Source: Cirrosporium novae-zelandiae
Taxonomy: Eukaryota
Direction of reading: 5' to 3'
Length of the DNA stretch: 64,000 bases
Assembly (NCBI GenBank): GCA_026023565.1
Contig: JAPETS010000001.1
Location: 372,001-436,000, forward strand
The position numbers and the translations under genes were made by a program. The notes under the pieces were generated by a model. It searched no databases and had not been told where the DNA came from. It was given only the letters and a program-made list of their open reading frames with translations. Below, in pieces: positions 1 through 13,242 of this stretch. How positions within the stretch are numbered: position 1 is the first letter of the stretch; each line of letters opens with the position of its first letter.

Positions 1-242
1 TGACGTTTTTTTCCCATTAATTCATCATTCAATTGTATACATAATTCCTACTTTCTCTGTTTATTATCCTGTCAGGCGGGAAGGCGCTTTTATTTACCCA
101 TCTGTTGCTAAGGTGAAAAGGAACATAAGAAACCCAAACGGTCATTCTCGGTCATACAATTCTTAACCCAAAAATCCAAAATAACCCAGGCCTGTATATC
201 TGCAACCAACTTCCCAGTAAACTCTTCCAAATGTTTCATAAA

Positions 243-1075
243 TCAGTACAGGAATAGCTTGTCCTTTGCATCTTGAACCACCCATCCTAGACCTTCTTTC
301 AGGTTAAACCCAGTAACTGCACTACTACTGAAGATGGCCCATTTATGTGTTCGGATATTGTCAAGTTTCAACCCCTGCATTCCCTGTCAGTACCCGTAAC
401 TTAGACGTAATGAGAATGATGTAAACACTGGTAATTAGTAAAAAAACCCACTTCTTGAATATCCTCCTCGTTCATGCATCCTTGAACATCAGTCTTATTC
501 AGGAATATAAGCAAACTTGCTCCCATAAGTCTCTATCCATTTGTTAGTAATTACGTTATCATCATATCAGGACCAGGTCCTACCTCTTCCAACAGCAATC
601 CCGCCAGTTCCTCCCTGCAATCATCGATACGTAGTCGGTCCGTAGCATCCACTACCCATATCAACGCATCCGTCTTTTCAAAGTAATTCCTCCAGTATGA
701 TCGCAATGTCTTTTGACCGCCAACATCCCCTAAGGTACCACAATTATAAGATTGCCCAGATCAAATAAAAAGATGCCATGGTCTCACAGATGTTCAATTT
801 GTAGCTGATTATTCAAAGGTCAGAGCAGGTGAGAAAAGAATGTTGGAAATCCTTACCCTTCAAAATCAACCGTCTTGATGATAAAGCCCAGAGTCGGACT
901 AACAGTATTGATGTCTTCATTCATGATTTTCTTCACAATAGTCGTCTTACCAGCATTATCAAGACCTCTGTGTTTCGTCAAGATGGGTTTGACAAGAAAC
1001 TAATGGAGGTGCTTACAACATCAGAATCCTCATTTCCTTATCCTTGAGTCTTGCTTTCCTTAATATCGATAACAT
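243..1075 (-). CDS. ARL2: ADP-ribosylation factor-like GTPase 2 (Arl2/Cin4/Alp41), about 6 exons
   Basis: Spliced minus-strand reading [29 protein letters not shown]...[21 protein letters not shown]...NKTD...[13 protein letters not shown]. Arf-family G-box motifs; ATG at 1075, TGA at 243-245. Missing from the ORF track because of introns. Confidence 0.95.
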
Positions 1076-2443
1076 GATTCTAGATATACAATTACAAGGC
1101 ACACTTGGTAATTTTTTTGATCAGCCTTGGTGGTTGTTAAAACATGTACAGGAGATGATTGGCTATGAAACATACAGGAAACCTACAGTACGGGATATAT
1201 ATTCATCTTTCCTCCGATCCATACATATCACATGACCAAGATGACCCTGAAATCGACCCGCCAGCTTTCTTATAAGAATTAACCATCATTTGATATTTTG
1301 GAAGTAACAGGCCTTCTAGGTTGTATCGATAATGCTCTAAACAGTATTCTTGAGTGTAACTGAAGATGACCATTGATATTGGTTCTGTAGCTGTGGGCGA
1401 TAGGGATGTCTGCATCCTTTTATTCTCCATAGTTCTCTTCGATATCGTTCCTCATATGTCCATGGTGCCGATGGTATGAACTTGATCTATTGTCATAACC
1501 TGAAGTTCCTTATGGTATGTTAATTTATCTCCATTTTTACTTCTGCTATACCACTCTATTCCGCATTTGATAGAATGCAGTCACGTTGCGAGGTCCAACC
1601 TTTGCAGCCCCATTCCTTATATATTTCTATTTCTTATGACTCGATCCATTTCGAAGCAGTTGGAGGTTTCCTATTAAAGACAACAAAAGCTAAGGCCATG
1701 TAAGGAAATGGACAAAAGTTTCGGAAAGTCAGAAGTTGACATAAACTGCCTATCGGCGTCAGTATATATGTTAAAACTCAATATTATTACGCCGGTGCAA
1801 CCCGACTATGACAATAGCACCGAGTGTGAACCTAGAGATTTCAGTTAATAGCCACAAACCCCTCCTACGATTCTTCTTAAACGAGTGAATGGGGACCTCA
1901 GCTTGGACCTCCACATGACTCCCATAAGAGAGCCATCCACAATAAAACTTCTTTTCCTTCTTCTTCTTCTTCTTCCCCCCGCTTCCATCAGACATCAATC
2001 CATCTACAACTATTTTATCTTTTTTACTCAGTAGCTCTTTTCTCTACTCAGACTGATTCACCAGCACCAACTTTCTACATTAATCATCTCTTTCTAACCA
2101 AGCTACCTTATCTTACAATCAGTCTTCTTTGGAAAGAACAGAAGCCCTTTTATTGAAACGTGTAAGTGCATTCATCATGAGTTCTACATACCATCCCATC
2201 TACCACACTTATTGTCACTGTCAATCCAAAGTTACCTGAGTTCAACCATCAACGTTAAGCTCTACAACCCCAATATACATCTAACACGAATCAAATTAAT
2301 GACTTCATTCTTCCTTTTCATGCTCCACCCTCCAAAGTAGCCTTGCCTGTCCTATACCAACCTCTCTACTTTGACACATCTCAATCCATCAGATATCACT
2401 AACCTTCAAGTGTTGACATTAGTTTATCTCACTCCTGATTAAG

Positions 2444-5187
2444 ATGGCTAATTCGGGGAGCCGAGGAGGTCCTGGTCATGACAGAGGACGTGGAGGTGAG
2501 CACACTCTACCTTTCATACAACATATAATCTCACCTGACTTTGGTTTAGCATCCCGACCAAATTGTGGTCAACCTAGCTACGATTCATCTTCTCATACTA
2601 GCTTCAATGTTAAAGCAACCCGTGCACTTACATCCTTAACCTCTATTCCAGGAAGAGCTCATAGTTACCAGCCAGCTTCCGACAAGGTACAGGCTCGGAA
2701 TCAAACACCTGTTAAATATCCTTCGGCAACTATTGTCACCAAGGAAAAGGTGGAGCAAAAAGCGGAACTACCTAACGCTAAAACTTCAAACATACTCCAG
2801 ATATCAGCCTCCACTAGTAACAGTCAAGGAAAAAAATGCACCTCCTTAAGTGAGGGGTCACTGACCGCAACTGAGTCTACGTTCCCAAGTCGGAGTAGCC
2901 CAAAGGTACCGGACGATACGGAACGGAAGTTCTCACAATCGGTAAGTTTGCTGTATTGCTTGCCATCAGCAAGCTCTATAGGTTACCTTGTTCGATTCAA
3001 ACTCTTGCTAACTTTGTTTTCCTTTATCAGAGCTATGGATGGGTCCCCCCTCACCTCCGACGCTCTAATGCTAGTAGCGAGCGTGTTCCCAACCTACGAC
3101 AATCAGATTCTCGTAGTGATTATATTTCTCCTCATTCGCGAAAGTCAGACGCTAGCAGCGACAATATTCCTTCCCGCCTCCGACGCCCTGATGCTGGAAG
3201 CGACTGGGTTCCTCCACACTTGCGACGTCCTGAATCGCTTGCAAATCCTAGTGACACCAATTCAAAACAACGGATGATGGGCAAACCTGAAGATAAGAAG
3301 GCCGAGTCAGAACAGAGAGGCAAAACATCTTCCGGAGGATATCGTGTCAAGCAAACTGACATCTTTGTGTCTGGTAAAGGCGTTACAATATCCGGCGAGC
3401 CCATCACGGTCAGGGACACCCCAGACCAGCTGCGACCTGAAGCTGTCAGAGTGAATGGCATCAAAGACACATTCAACAGTGGTCCAGTCAAGGTTCATGA
3501 GAAAACCAAAGCGTTGAATATTTCCTGCGAGCTTCGCACAAGCGAAGTCAACCCCATCCCTAGTAATCCCCAGTCGCCGAAGCAGCCCAAGGAAGCGAAT
3601 GTTCACCCTCTAAAAGCACTCTTGGATAAAGCTGCCAAAGAAAGTCATACCTCGCAAATTCAGGATACCATCCAAAGTCAAAACCCTCAGTTGCCAACAC
3701 CAGCTACCAGTGAGTCGGTCCCTTCTCCTCCACAACCCCAGACGAAACAAGCGAGAAACTCCAAGTGGGCTACAGCAGCGGAGACAAAGGCGCCGCCACG
3801 AAAGATCTACAACGATTGGGACACAGAGGGTAGTTCGTCGGTTGACAACGTGTCTAATGTTGTGGTTCAGGGGGGGTATTCTCCACATGAGGCCCCTGTC
3901 ATTCCATATCAACCGCAACTCGCTAACTGGGACGGAAATTGGGCGCCTCCACCAATCGAGTGGGATTCTCGTCCAAATTTCGAGTACAACTCCCCTGGTT
4001 TCCAAGAGTATTTGGAAAAATGGATTCTATGCGACAAGGACCTTTATCCTTCTATTTGGCTCAACACCAAGGATGCAAAGTACTCCAGCGGGGAGTACTC
4101 GGCTGCAGGGATCCTTGGCCCACCAGGCACAGATAGTGTCTATGGCTATCGCAAGAATGGCCAGGGAGTTTGCTTGGATGCATGTGGAAAGGGGCCCATG
4201 GTTAAATCCTATGAAGACTCAAAGTCTTTGCAAGTTGTGATGGATCCCCCGCCCTTCCATGAACAAACCGAGACTGATAAGCGGGAGAAGATGAACAAGG
4301 ATAACATGAATCAGAATGCCGCTACCGCTGCTGAGGTAGCGAGGAGCAACCTAAATGTTAAGAAAAAGAAGGCTATTGCTGCAAAAAAAATCAACAGGGA
4401 GTACGATGCCCATGCTAGGATCGCGTGCCTCTTACTTCCAGTTCCTCATGCCCCAAAAGCCAACATTTACCTAAGACCCTACCAGTTCAAAGACCTTCGC
4501 CAGATCACTCATATGTGGAACTGGTATGTTAAAAACGGTATAACTCCAGAGGGAAAGACGGAGACCGATGACTACTGGCGCAATCGGATCAGCAATTCTC
4601 AGGAAGGCGATATGCCGGTCCTTGTCGCCATTGATCGCAGTCCTCCAAAATCTTTCCTCAGAGCAGGAGCAGGAGACGAACGTGTTGTTGGGTTTGGATT
4701 GATCGAAGAGTACTGGAATAGGAATTCTACCTACCACTACACCGGTGAACTTTCAATCTGGGTTCATCCAGACATGAAGCACGTTGGCATTGGCAAGTGC
4801 CTTATGGACAAACTCCTCTGTTCGAGCGACAACTACTGGCTCCCTCGCAACGGGTACATGTTCGCTGCCTCTGGAAGAGAGACCGATTACGCTACTGGAG
4901 GACGGCGTGTACTGAGCACCATTATTTCTCATATCCCATACTTTGCAGAAGACACAAGCGAGATAGAATGGATCCGAAAGTGGTTGGTAGACGAATTCGG
5001 ATTTGAGGAAATTGGGGTCTTTAAAGAGATCGGGGTCACACGTGGCAGATGGTAAGTTCATTTCTTCGAGGAGGTTATGATTAAAGCTAGCAGCTAATTA
5101 TTATTTTTCTTCTAAAGGGTTGACGAGATATATCTTCAACGCAAGACCGGTTACACTGTTCCTGTCGGTGGTAATTGGGCCTCCTAA
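2444..5187 (+). CDS. Uncharacterised protein: long low-complexity N-terminus plus C-terminal GNAT (PAT/YncA-like) acetyltransferase domain, 4 coding exons
   Basis: Joins ORFs 2444 and 2956 through introns at about 2496-2549 and 2942-3030; last intron about 5052-5117, then VDEIYLQRKTG...NWAS*. GNAT motif A-like ELSIWVHPDMKHVGIGKCLM and C-terminal FGFEEIGVFKEIG..GRWVD. Confidence 0.85.
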
Positions 5188-6748
5188 TCCACTACATGTT
5201 CACGAACGAGGATATACCGATGCTTGAGCATATCCAGTGTCTGTCCTATTACAATCACAAGAGCAGACTCCTAAATACTTTAGTCTCTCCTTTATCTACA
5301 CGGATTTCACTACTATCACTTCTTCATCACATGCTTTGTTACGACCTCCTACATACCTTACTTTTGTCCGATCCATCCTCTTTATACTCTAAATAATCCT
5401 CAATAACACCAGACGCACATACAGAGGCACGAGGCCTCCAGACACATACATCGGTATCTTAACACCCTTCAACCCTCGGCATCGAGTATTTTGACATTTT
5501 GATATTTTGAGACTTTCCCAGCTCTCCCACAAGCACACAATAACACGCTAGCAGACCAGAACCAAAACAAAAACCAGTCTCCTTAGAAGAGTTACTTCAT
5601 CTAGGTCATCCTCTGCATACAGCGGTTCGAAGTGCGAAAGGGAGAAGTATATGAATGGGATCTATGACAGGCAGAGCTGGGAATGGAATTCTGGAAACCC
5701 GTTGAAATGGCGTTTGGTTTTTCCGTTTAGGTCTTTTTTTTCATGGGTACTCTTCCTTTCCTAGCCACCTTTAGCTAGCAATGAAATCTCTTTGTCCATT
5801 CTTTTTTTCCCCTTCCTATATAGGTGATCGAGAAGACGGACAGGCAAAAATTGGGATGACAACAATAACAATCTATCACAACCTACCCCCTCTCCCTCAC
5901 TCCTCTCACGTACCCCTTTTCACATTCAACCCCAATTCCAATCCCAAGTATCTCTACTTTCTCAAAACAATGTTCTATTCCATTCCCATTCCCGTCAATG
6001 CCTACGTCTTACTCCCTCCCTCCCCAAATTCAAGGGACCATAATAACGATATTCAAATTTCAAGCCTCAAATTAAAATGTAATCGCAACAACAACAACAA
6101 CAAACTCACCTACTAATCCCCTTTTTACCGATTCAATCTCCTCCATCCCCAGAAACCAATAGCTCCCCCCCCGACCCCCATTTTCTCCCTCGTCTCTCCT
6201 AACCTAATCTGCACAAACAAACGAACAACTTACTAATCTAATTCGATTGGCCTTTTCTAAGCCCAAAGTGAAACTTAATCATAGCATATCATATCATATC
6301 ATAACACCGTCACTGTCATCGACACTATGGCCTATTAAGGCCTAACATGCACCATGAACCGTATGTAACCCATGAATCTCATAAAAACAACAATAACAGC
6401 AACAACCACAACACCAATAAAAAAGGAAAAAGAAAATGTAGTATAGCCCAAGAGTGGCAACCACAATTGCAGTAGGCCTACCATACACACTTTTTTTTTC
6501 GCGAGGCTAGCCCAATCTGTCCAGTGAAAATGGACATTTTGAATTCCCAAAGCGAAACGGCAATATGCATATGCTTCCCTTCCTTTCTTTCATCTCTCAT
6601 CCCTCCCCATGCCAGTGGCCGTAGAACTAAGCAGTAATTCTGTAAAGTCACTTGGCCCCACCTCAGAAATGCCAAAATGCAAGTCTTGGAATAACATGCA
6701 GGTATGATATACACTTCCTGTCTTCTTCAATTATCATTCCATTCCACT

Positions 6749-9700
6749 CTAATACCCATCATCCCCATAATCCCTTCCATCATACCTAGCACTCGCACTA
6801 CTCTTTTGCCTCGAAACTCCTTGTGCATATCCCATGTGTAACAACGCATCCCTTGCCCATTCTTCTTGCTCCTCCCCACCCGCGTTCGCCACTCTAAGAC
6901 CACCCGACCCTCCAAGTCGGCTTGGCAATGTCGCTAAATCACCTGGTCCATTTGAAGATGATATTGACCGATCACGACCGTGGCCGCCAATAGTGCTTAA
7001 GATAGGCTTGTTATCGTATATTGGTTCTGGCGGCTCAACGGCTCTAGGCGTCTCCAGTGCAGTAGTGTCGGTGTAGATTTTCGGGAGATTTACCATGGGA
7101 TCTGTCTCAGAACTCGAGGCTTTAGGTGTCTCGGCAGAGAATTCGCCCGCTAGCTCTGAAAACCCATTACTTCCTGAGGGGGGTGACTCCTGGATAGAAT
7201 TGTCGTATTGAGCAGGTAGTTCAGATATGCCTGTGGGCAGGGCGGTGTAGTCGCCTGAAGCCTGAGTTGTTGCGGTTTGCGGTGGCGAGGGGTGTGCAGA
7301 TTCGGCATAGCGGAGGCTGCTTGGATTGCCGAGGATGCTTCCACTCTTGGTGTTTGTGCTGCGATTTCTTACCGGTATACCCTCGCCCGTTTCCTGAATC
7401 CCATTTACCGGGTCTGTAGGATCTCTTATCGAGTATTGTGCGATAGTCCTCAGTTTCTTCGTCACCCAACTAGCGAGAATCTTGCCACGCTGCTTTTCGC
7501 CAAGACGAGAGCGAGGGAAATCACCGCGAGAGACAAAGGCCACAATATCGGCAACGACTTGATGTTCGCCGAGGACGGCGCTTACAATGACTGGGACAAG
7601 AGAGGAGAGGTAACTCCTACGAATTACCTCGACAAGGATAACTACAAGGCCACCAGCTTGGAAGACAGCACTATCATATGTTAGTACCAAGCATACCAAA
7701 AAATATAAAGGGGACTTACCATCCATTTTGAACAATATTTCGGTGGCATTTCTCGATGGAAGTTTCAATGTCCATTGGGAAGTGATGTAGACCGTTGACT
7801 TCGAAGGTCTCCCCAACACTACCAAGAACGAATAAAATTTGCATCTCGACTTGCTGGCCTCCCGGCCCAATCGGTCGAGTCACAGTATGCAAGAAGCCAA
7901 GATCACCTGTTCGAACATATGTAACATGAGGATCTCCGTCTACCGTCCTTCCATTGAATCGTTCTGCATCAAAGGGCTCCTTGCTCATATAAAATGAATT
8001 TACACAAGCTTCTGATTGAACCCATATCTCACCATACTCACCAACGTGACAAAGACGACATGTTTCTGGATTGACGATAGCAATCTGGGTGCTTACGGGC
8101 ACCATTCCCGAATCTTGCAAAAGAAGAGCGTTGGATTCTTGGTCCGGGTCAACAGGATACACTAGACCGCGACGAAGTGCTTGAGGATCAAGCCACAGCT
8201 CAATAGGTTCAATGCACATGTATGATCTAGAAGCAATCATTGGGTTTAAGACATGTGAATATATGGTATTGATTGCAGTCCGATCAAGACCCGTAGCCGC
8301 AAAGTGAACCCGAACTCGCTGGAAGATATCAACTCTTGGGCGGGTCTCAGTGCAAATCATCATATTTTTGAGCTCATGCAAGGTAAATCCTTTCCCGCTA
8401 AGCTGGACCATAGCATGATCTAGCATTTGGTATGTAGCATAAGTATCTTTTATCTTATACCTTGATAGGGTCAGAAATAAGGACTGGGGATTTTGGGCGA
8501 AGTCAACGGGCGATACGAGGTAAGTAGGAGCACCTGTATTCCTGTTAGCTTGATTTCTAGAGAAACAAAAAGTACATACCAGCATATATACCCATAAGGC
8601 AAGTATGTATGAAACCTAGACCATTTGTGCTTCTAACACATCCAAGTACTGGTCGTGAACTTGTCATTTGGCAGGTTTCCTTTTGGACCTTGCAGATACC
8701 TAGTATATTTTGATGGCCTAATTCTACTGCAATCTTCCTCTGATCCGGTGTCCAATAAATCCATAAAAGAACAGGATAGCCTTTTTGTACCCAAGCGGGA
8801 CTCACAGTAAGCCCAAGGTCTCGACATCCACTCGATTGTTTTGGTGGCTTCCCGGTATTGTAAGTTGGTGGAACATTGATCTTTAGAACAGTCGCTGATT
8901 GCTTGATATGTTGAGAGACAGGCTTTTGTTTAATCAAGTGATCCACTTCAGCATTCACAAGCACCGCCTTTACATTGTAGTCAGCAACCATATGCAAGAA
9001 GGCAGGGGCATCTTCGTTCAGTCGGTTCTGGTCGATCGGAGCCATGGGAATGGCAATAGCACCCAAGCAAAAGCATGCATGTACTGCATAAACAAAATCT
9101 TCCGAATGAGTATACATGAGTATGATATGATCTCCAGGGCGTATCTTAGCCTTGTTTCGAAGGTACATGGCAACGGCTGCGACTTTGAGATCCAGCTTTT
9201 TCCAGGTCACTCCCTTGCCTTCTTTTCCACGTCCATCGATGGTACAGTACGACAGCTCTTCAGCCTGTTTTCCTACCCGCCATTGAAAGAGGTCCACGAT
9301 GCTTGAAAAGGTATTCAACGGGGTAGATGTTCGATCATCAATGACGACTTCCCGATAATCAACGCCAGAATATTGCTTGTCCTGAAGCATCAAGGCATCT
9401 TGACGAGCTTGAGTTGAAATTGGTGACCATATGCCACCCACGGGGTCCACACCAACAGGAAGGTTCTGAACGGATCTCTCAACCCCAAATTTGATATGAA
9501 CGCTTGGTAAGGTACCAGTTTCAAACTCTTTCCGACAAAGCATGTTTCCAATTTCCCTTCTCCCATTCTTCGCCATACGAGGAAGAGTGTTTGGTGCTGT
9601 AATCATAACGCAATATATCCGAATATGATGCTCCTGGTACAATACCTCCATACATCGTTCAGCGAGAGAGTCTAGTAAAGCTATGTCTAGCTGTCGCGGT

Positions 9701-12675
9701 GGCCCGCCAGAGGTTGTGGGAGCGGTTGAAGCAGCAGCCGTCTCAAGTAAGATTACTGGAAGGTGCTCATCATTTACCCAGATGTCGAAGGCTGAGCAAT
9801 CAAAAATTTTTGGCACTGATTTCAAAACAGTCATGACCAAATGCTGCACGAAGAAATATCTATGCTCCGCAATCTCCATCCCATGCTCTATCCATTCAAC
9901 TTTTTGTCTAATGCGATCTTCATATAGCCCAAGGATATATACCTTTCCTTCAATAACACAGCCAAGAAGGCCGGTTCTGAGAAACTCGGGTTCGATAAGA
10001 ACTGGGGTTGGATTTCCTTCTTGGAATTTATAAGGACGAGCATGAAATATGGTCTCCGTATGTCGGGGTAAAGCCCAAAAACCGCCTGAAAGTGAAGGTG
10101 AATCTACCCAGACCTCGCCAATGACGTATGGCGAACATAGAAGACCTGTTTCCGGGTCAACAATAGCCAACGTAGCATCAGGTATTGGGTATCCAAATGC
10201 GCCAACCCTGACAGCCCCAGGCATTGATTCTGCCTTGCTTCGTGCTTCTTCTCCCATGGCCAATACGACCACCTCGTTCGTTTTTAAAGCTTCTTTATCC
10301 AAAAGAACCTCACCAAGATCAACATCGCCTTTCTTTGTTGCCGGTGCAGGGCTACTAGATCCAATCAAGCTGTTAAATCTGTTGGGTTCAGGAGATTTGT
10401 CTTCTTTCTTCTCTTCCTTTGGTAATTCGACAGCATCTTCGTGCCTCAAAGGACATCCCATACGCTCCTCACCTCCTAGCCAGTCTCGAACGCTAATGAC
10501 CATGCCGCCATGCTCAGGCAGGCAAAGCATTGGAGCAACGATCTCTCGTGCCCTTGGGTTTCGCAACGGTCTTAACCACCGATCCGCCAAAATCTCATGA
10601 AATTCGGAATCAACTGTTATGGTGTCTATTAAGCAGAGTTTCAGACTCGAAAAATTGATATCAAAATTTTTCTTGAATGTTCGTGTGGCCATAGGATCAG
10701 ATTGGTAATTATACGCTGCTCGTTTTAATCCCGTGTAGTCCGCGGCTAAAAGTGTTGCCTTGTACTTTGTAATGAGATGGGCATAAAGACCAGGAGTCTC
10801 AACAGCTCGAGATTCCATCCATACACTTGTGTGACCACCATAAACGGTGAGAAGTACTCCAAGTATCATACCGACTCCTTGTCGGGGATCGAGATAACTG
10901 AGAAGAATTTCGTTTTTACTACTTTTGGTAAAGAAATTCCCCTTGTTATCGCGCAGACCTGGCGAAAAGGTATCCTTTGCACTCTCGGTTGTCGGGGTGG
11001 ATGAAATTACTGCACTCATGCAGGCCATTTGATGCATTATTGTTCGGTGGCTCATAACAACGCCCCGCAAATCTCCAGTAGGAGCCAGAGTGAATTCAAT
11101 ATATGCCAGATCTGGGACAACGAGAGGAGGATTTTCTTCTTTCTTTTTGGGGTGGAAACTACCGAATTCGTTCGTCTTCCACCACTCAACCCCTCTGGGC
11201 CAATTTAATTTGCGTGAGGTAATATCACGTTGGAATGTCTTTAGGTTGTATTCGGTGGTCAGAGCAAGGTGGGCTTGTGTCGATGTTAGGACTAAATTTA
11301 GTCTGTGATAATCATCAAGATTGTTTATAGGGACAGCAACCACTCCAGCAATGAAACATCCCATAAGCGCAATAGCGAATTCTATCACTTCGTTATCTCT
11401 ATATATCAATGCGACCCGATCACCCCGGTATAAATTGCTTTTATCCCGGATCACTTGGGCGACCTTCTCCGCTCTACTTGCGAGCTTTTCCCAGGTGATG
11501 GAGGCTATCTCCTTCCCTCTGAGATCAAGAACCCAATATGCTGGTTGCTTTGGACTTGTTCGCGCTCGATGCCTCAGTACCATAGCAATATTATCAAAGC
11601 TGGACATCTGTACATTGTCGTCATGAGGATCGAAAACAGAGAATGGGATATCACGCGGTTCTAATGGGGAAAGATGTTCTGGGGGATGAAAATCCCCAAT
11701 TCCCATGGGCGGAGGCTGCATGGCTGCAGTTGGCGAAAATGTATCACCAGCAGAGTATCTGTGGGGTCCTCCACCATAACTTTCTCGACGCTGTTCTTCA
11801 TGTTGTCCAGTAAAGTCTGAAAAATAGCCTTGTTGATTATCTAACATTGTTAATTGTCTTGTCATTCCTCCATCATCAGGCGAGGAATAGCTGCCATATT
11901 GTTGATCTTGATAATTCTGCACCGGAGGACTGAAGGCGTAATTTGCACTCATCATTGTGCCCGACCTTGAAGATTCATGGGCGGTTTCATAGTCATTCAT
12001 CGAAAACGTAGACTGCCTAGATGACGGATTTCGCACGCCTAGTTGTCGTTCCTGGAATCTCTCTATAGGTCCCTGAGGGTATTCGAAAGAAGCCATGCTA
12101 TCTACTCTTCCATTATCAAAAGAAAATCCCCCACTTGTATTTCGCATGCCAGTTGAGGACCGGGCCGAGATATCACTCCCGCGACTGGTAGGGAAATAAG
12201 AATCTTGGGGTCCAGCATTCAGGGCTGCGAAAGAAGCTGACCGGGAACCATTGTTCGATGGATGAGGGGCATCGTCTGAAGTATGTAGACGTAGTCTCTG
12301 CAGAACTTCTTGGTCGGGTCCCAAGTGTTGAGAAAGAATGAGTGTCCTCCGCTTTTGGTACCTAATGGCAGTTAGAACTATTGTTTAGAGGTAGGGATCA
12401 ACTGTCAATGGAACCCGGTGCCCTGGTGATATCGTTGGATTTGGAAGGAGGCTGGGTGTGTAGTAACAGATGATCGACATTGACTGGTGAAGAACGGCAT
12501 AAACATACCCTTTTTGTGTGATATCTCCCTCCTAAAAAACATTGACATCAGCAAACAGGGTCAAAGCGTTTAGAGAATTGCTTGATTCTGAAACTCTCTT
12601 GTTGGGGTCGCATACCTTAAGTTCATGATCTAATTCCCGGAGTTTCCGTTGAAGCTCTGGATCATCGGTAGCCAT
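6749..12675 (-). CDS. CPS1: DIP2/Cmr2/CPS1-family protein (DMAP1-binding domain plus two fatty acyl-AMP ligase-like domains)
   Basis: Exons MATDDPELQRKLRELDHELK/EGDITQKG/YQKRR (DMAP1-binding motif), then ORFs 8557-12324, 7716-8585 and 6749-7870 joined by short introns. Two adenylation-like modules (LAYIEFT..TGDLRGVVMSH, FLRTGLLG; YVRTGDLGF). Confidence 0.92.
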
Positions 12676-13242
12676 GATTGCATTTATGATGTGATGTGAT
12701 GTACCTCGTTCTGTTCGAGTCGTAGATTGAATTATGGAAGATGATGCTGAGAATATTAGACGAGGGTGGTTACGTTGTTTCAGGTACGAAAGAAGGTGTT
12801 ATTTATGTATGGAAAACGACAGGCCAGAGGCTCAAATATCCAATTGAGCATGATCGATAATTAACTTATTGGTGGGGATGTTGACCAGTACTGGAAGCTG
12901 TAGCACTGGAATCTGAATACAGGAATCGCGATGGAAGACTTAGCAGTGAAGGGTCCAGTGCCCGCATCCAACTTTCAACTTTCCAGCCACGAAGAATTAT
13001 TTCCTAGTGACCTAGGTAGCACATAACTATTGTGGTACTTCTGTGACTAGCAAGCAGGGGTACCATAGTGGTACTGTGGTTGTCTGTAGTGTTGTCTAGT
13101 GTTGTCACTGTCGCTGGTGGCTAATCCATTTTAGAAGTATTTTCGGCTGTGGCGTTCAACACCTGATCAGCCTCAGTGGCAATGTTCTATCTTTGGGTAC
13201 AATTGATATATTTGATTCATCTATCGTCAACTAATTAACCAA

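Noticed and set aside
1203..1500. Small minus-strand ORF upstream of ARL2
   Set aside because: No recognisable motif or convincing splice structure in any frame.
2444..3277. Separate 277-aa ORF overlapping the 699-aa ORF
   Set aside because: Both are parts of one spliced gene; the hydrophobic tail is read-through of intron 2942-3030 into the wrong frame.
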